28,413 bases of DNA from Armatimonadota bacterium (lineage in GTDB: Bacteria > Sysuimicrobiota > Sysuimicrobiia > Sysuimicrobiales > Humicultoraceae): the NCBI GenBank assembly GCA_052386995.1, contig JBQTJP010000156.1, positions 1-28,413 on the forward strand. The letters run 5' to 3'. The notes below the pieces were generated by a model. That model saw nothing but the letters and a program-made list of their open reading frames with translations, ran no database searches and was not told the DNA's origin. The first letter of the stretch is position 1; every line of letters begins with the position of its first letter. Shown here piece by piece: positions 26,792-28,413 of this stretch. A program made the position numbers and the translations under genes.

Positions 26792-28186
26792 ATGCAGAAG
26801 GTCATGGTAACTGACAAACTCGCGGAGCATCTCGACGCACACTTCGACGAGCACCTCGAGCGCGTGCGCGCCTACGTGCGCCAGCCGAGCATTAGCGGCG
26901 AGGGTCAGGGCATGGAAGACATGGCCCGCCTGGTGCGCGACAGCATTCGCGACGTCGGCGGGACCACGGAGATTGTCCCCACGCCGGGATGGCCGGTGGT
27001 CTATGGCGCCATCGACGCGGGCCGTCCCAAGACCTTGCTGCTCTATGGCATGTACGACGTGCAGCCGGTCGAGGGCGAGGACTGGATGGTCCCGCCGTTC
27101 GAGGGCCAGGTAGTGGATCTCCCCGAGTTTGGCCCGAGCATGGTCGCGCGAGGCGTCTACAATACCAAGGGCCCGCTGGCCGGGCTGTTCAACGTGCTGG
27201 ACAGCATTCGGGCCGTCGAGGGCCGGCTGCCTGTCAACATCAAGTTCGTGGTCGAGGGCGAAGAAGAGCTGGGCAGCCGTAACCTCCCCGGCTTCATCAC
27301 GGCCTACGCGGACCGGCTGGGTGCCGACGCGACGTACTTCCCCTTCTACTGCCAGGACCGCGATGGCAAGCCGATGCTCTGGCTGGGGGTCAAGGGCATC
27401 CAGTACTTCGAGGTGACCTGCCGTGGCGGCGCCTGGGGCGGCGCGCGCACGCGCGGCGTGCACGGCAGCAATGCCGTGTGGATAGGCAACCCGGCGTGGC
27501 GGCTCAACCATGCGCTCGCCACGATGATGGACGAGCAAGAGCGGATCTTGATCGACGGCTTCTACGACGACGTTGCCCCGCCCAGCGCCGAGGATGAGGC
27601 ATTGTTGGTCGAGCTGGCCAAGACCTTTGAGCCCGCCAATGAACTATGGAAATGGGATGCGGAGCGATTCAAGTATGATGCGCAAGGCATCGACCTCCTT
27701 CGCCGATATCTGTACGATCCTACCTTGAATATCGACGGCATCTGGGGCGGTTACACTGGTCCGGGCATGAAAACCCTCTTGCCACACGAAGTTCGGGCCA
27801 AGATGGACGTGCGGATGGTGCCGAACATGGAGCCTGAGCGGGTGCGCGAGCGCATCCGCGCGCACTTGCGGCGCATCGGTCGCGACGACATCCAGGTGCA
27901 TTTTTACGAAGGGTATCCACCCGCGAAGACCAGCGTCAACGAACCGGTGGTGCAGGCGCTCATCCGGACGTTCCGCGCCATGGATCGCGAGCCGGAGATC
28001 TGGCCGCATCTGGCGGGCTCGGCCCCGTTCTATCTCTTCAGGAGGAACCTCAATCAACCGTTCGTCACCGGGGCGCTGGGGCACGGCGGCCGTCCTCACA
28101 GCCCCAATGAGTACGCCACGGTCGACGGCATGCGTCTCTTCGAGCGTTCGGTTGCCGGCTTCCTGTATGAGTTCGCGAGATCCTGA
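26792..28186 (+). CDS. M20/M25/M40 metallopeptidase (ArgE/DapE-like)
   Basis: YGMYDVQP, ARGVYNTKG, EGEEELGS, HGS, HSPNEY. Confidence 0.92.
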   Translation: MQKVMVTDKLAEHLDAHFDEHLERVRAYVRQPSISGEGQGMEDMARLVRDSIRDVGGTTEIVPTPGWPVVYGAIDAGRPKTLLLYGMYDVQPVEGEDWMVPPFEGQVVDLPEFGPSMVARGVYNTKGPLAGLFNVLDSIRAVEGRLPVNIKFVVEGEEELGSRNLPGFITAYADRLGADATYFPFYCQDRDGKPMLWLGVKGIQYFEVTCRGGAWGGARTRGVHGSNAVWIGNPAWRLNHALATMMDEQERILIDGFYDDVAPPSAEDEALLVELAKTFEPANELWKWDAERFKYDAQGIDLLRRYLYDPTLNIDGIWGGYTGPGMKTLLPHEVRAKMDVRMVPNMEPERVRERIRAHLRRIGRDDIQVHFYEGYPPAKTSVNEPVVQALIRTFRAMDREPEIWPHLAGSAPFYLFRRNLNQPFVTGALGHGGRPHSPNEYATVDGMRLFERSVAGFLYEFARS

Positions 28187-28196
28187 GGAGGAGTCC

Positions 28197-28413
28197 GTGC
28201 CAAACACGCTTGTCACACTCGAAGCGAAACCCGCGCCGATCAGTGTCGATGTCACCAAGACCGCGGTGATCGTCGTCGATATGCAGATCTCAAGATGGGG
28301 TTTCGTCCCGATCTCTCGGACCTAGGTGCGCCCGACTCTCCAAATCGGGTGCGGCACCTGCAGGTGTTCAACGTCGGCGAGACCATTCGTGCCCCCGACG
28401 GCCGAGAAAGTCG
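28197..28413 (+). pseudogene. RutB/isochorismatase-like cysteine hydrolase with internal deletion and frameshift (runs off window)
   Basis: GAGGAGG RBS, MPNTLVTLEAKPAPISVDVTKTAVIVVDMQ then frame change at about 28287 to LKMGFRPDLSDLGAPDSPNRVRHLQ; first frame stops at 28325. Confidence 0.75.

Overview
GC-rich bacterial window (taxon not determinable from sequence alone). Left to right: 3' end of a GH57 4-alpha-glucanotransferase/amylase, a 17-codon Cof/HAD remnant, an RHH-antitoxin/RelE-ParE toxin pair, then a long minus-strand run (read in transcription order: hypothetical, NAD epimerase, GH57 branching enzyme, glgC, DUF3536-type GH57, glutaredoxin, CoA-binding protein, arsR, arsN2, arsM, lytic transglycosylase). 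A plus-strand run follows (PGI/PMI, MalK/MsmX-type ATPase, esterase, two membrane proteins, Opp/Dpp permeases), then a peptide-type ABC/hydrolase block and a deleted, frameshifted RutB-like pseudogene. Highlights not visible in the ORF track: (1) a 77-aa glutaredoxin/NrdH-like selenoprotein with a UGA-encoded UxxC site and a SECIS-like hairpin (7415-7648, minus); (2) a complete 2322-bp IS1595-family cargo element (4634-6955; 27-bp TIRs, 8-bp TSD ATGACTGT) carrying a Zn-ribbon ORF, a 54-aa basic ORF convergent on the transposase, and a HEPN-like 261-aa ORF; (3) this element inserted into the putative ArsR operator and separated the -35 from the -10 of the arsR-arsN2-arsM promoter, which can be rebuilt exactly by removing the element.
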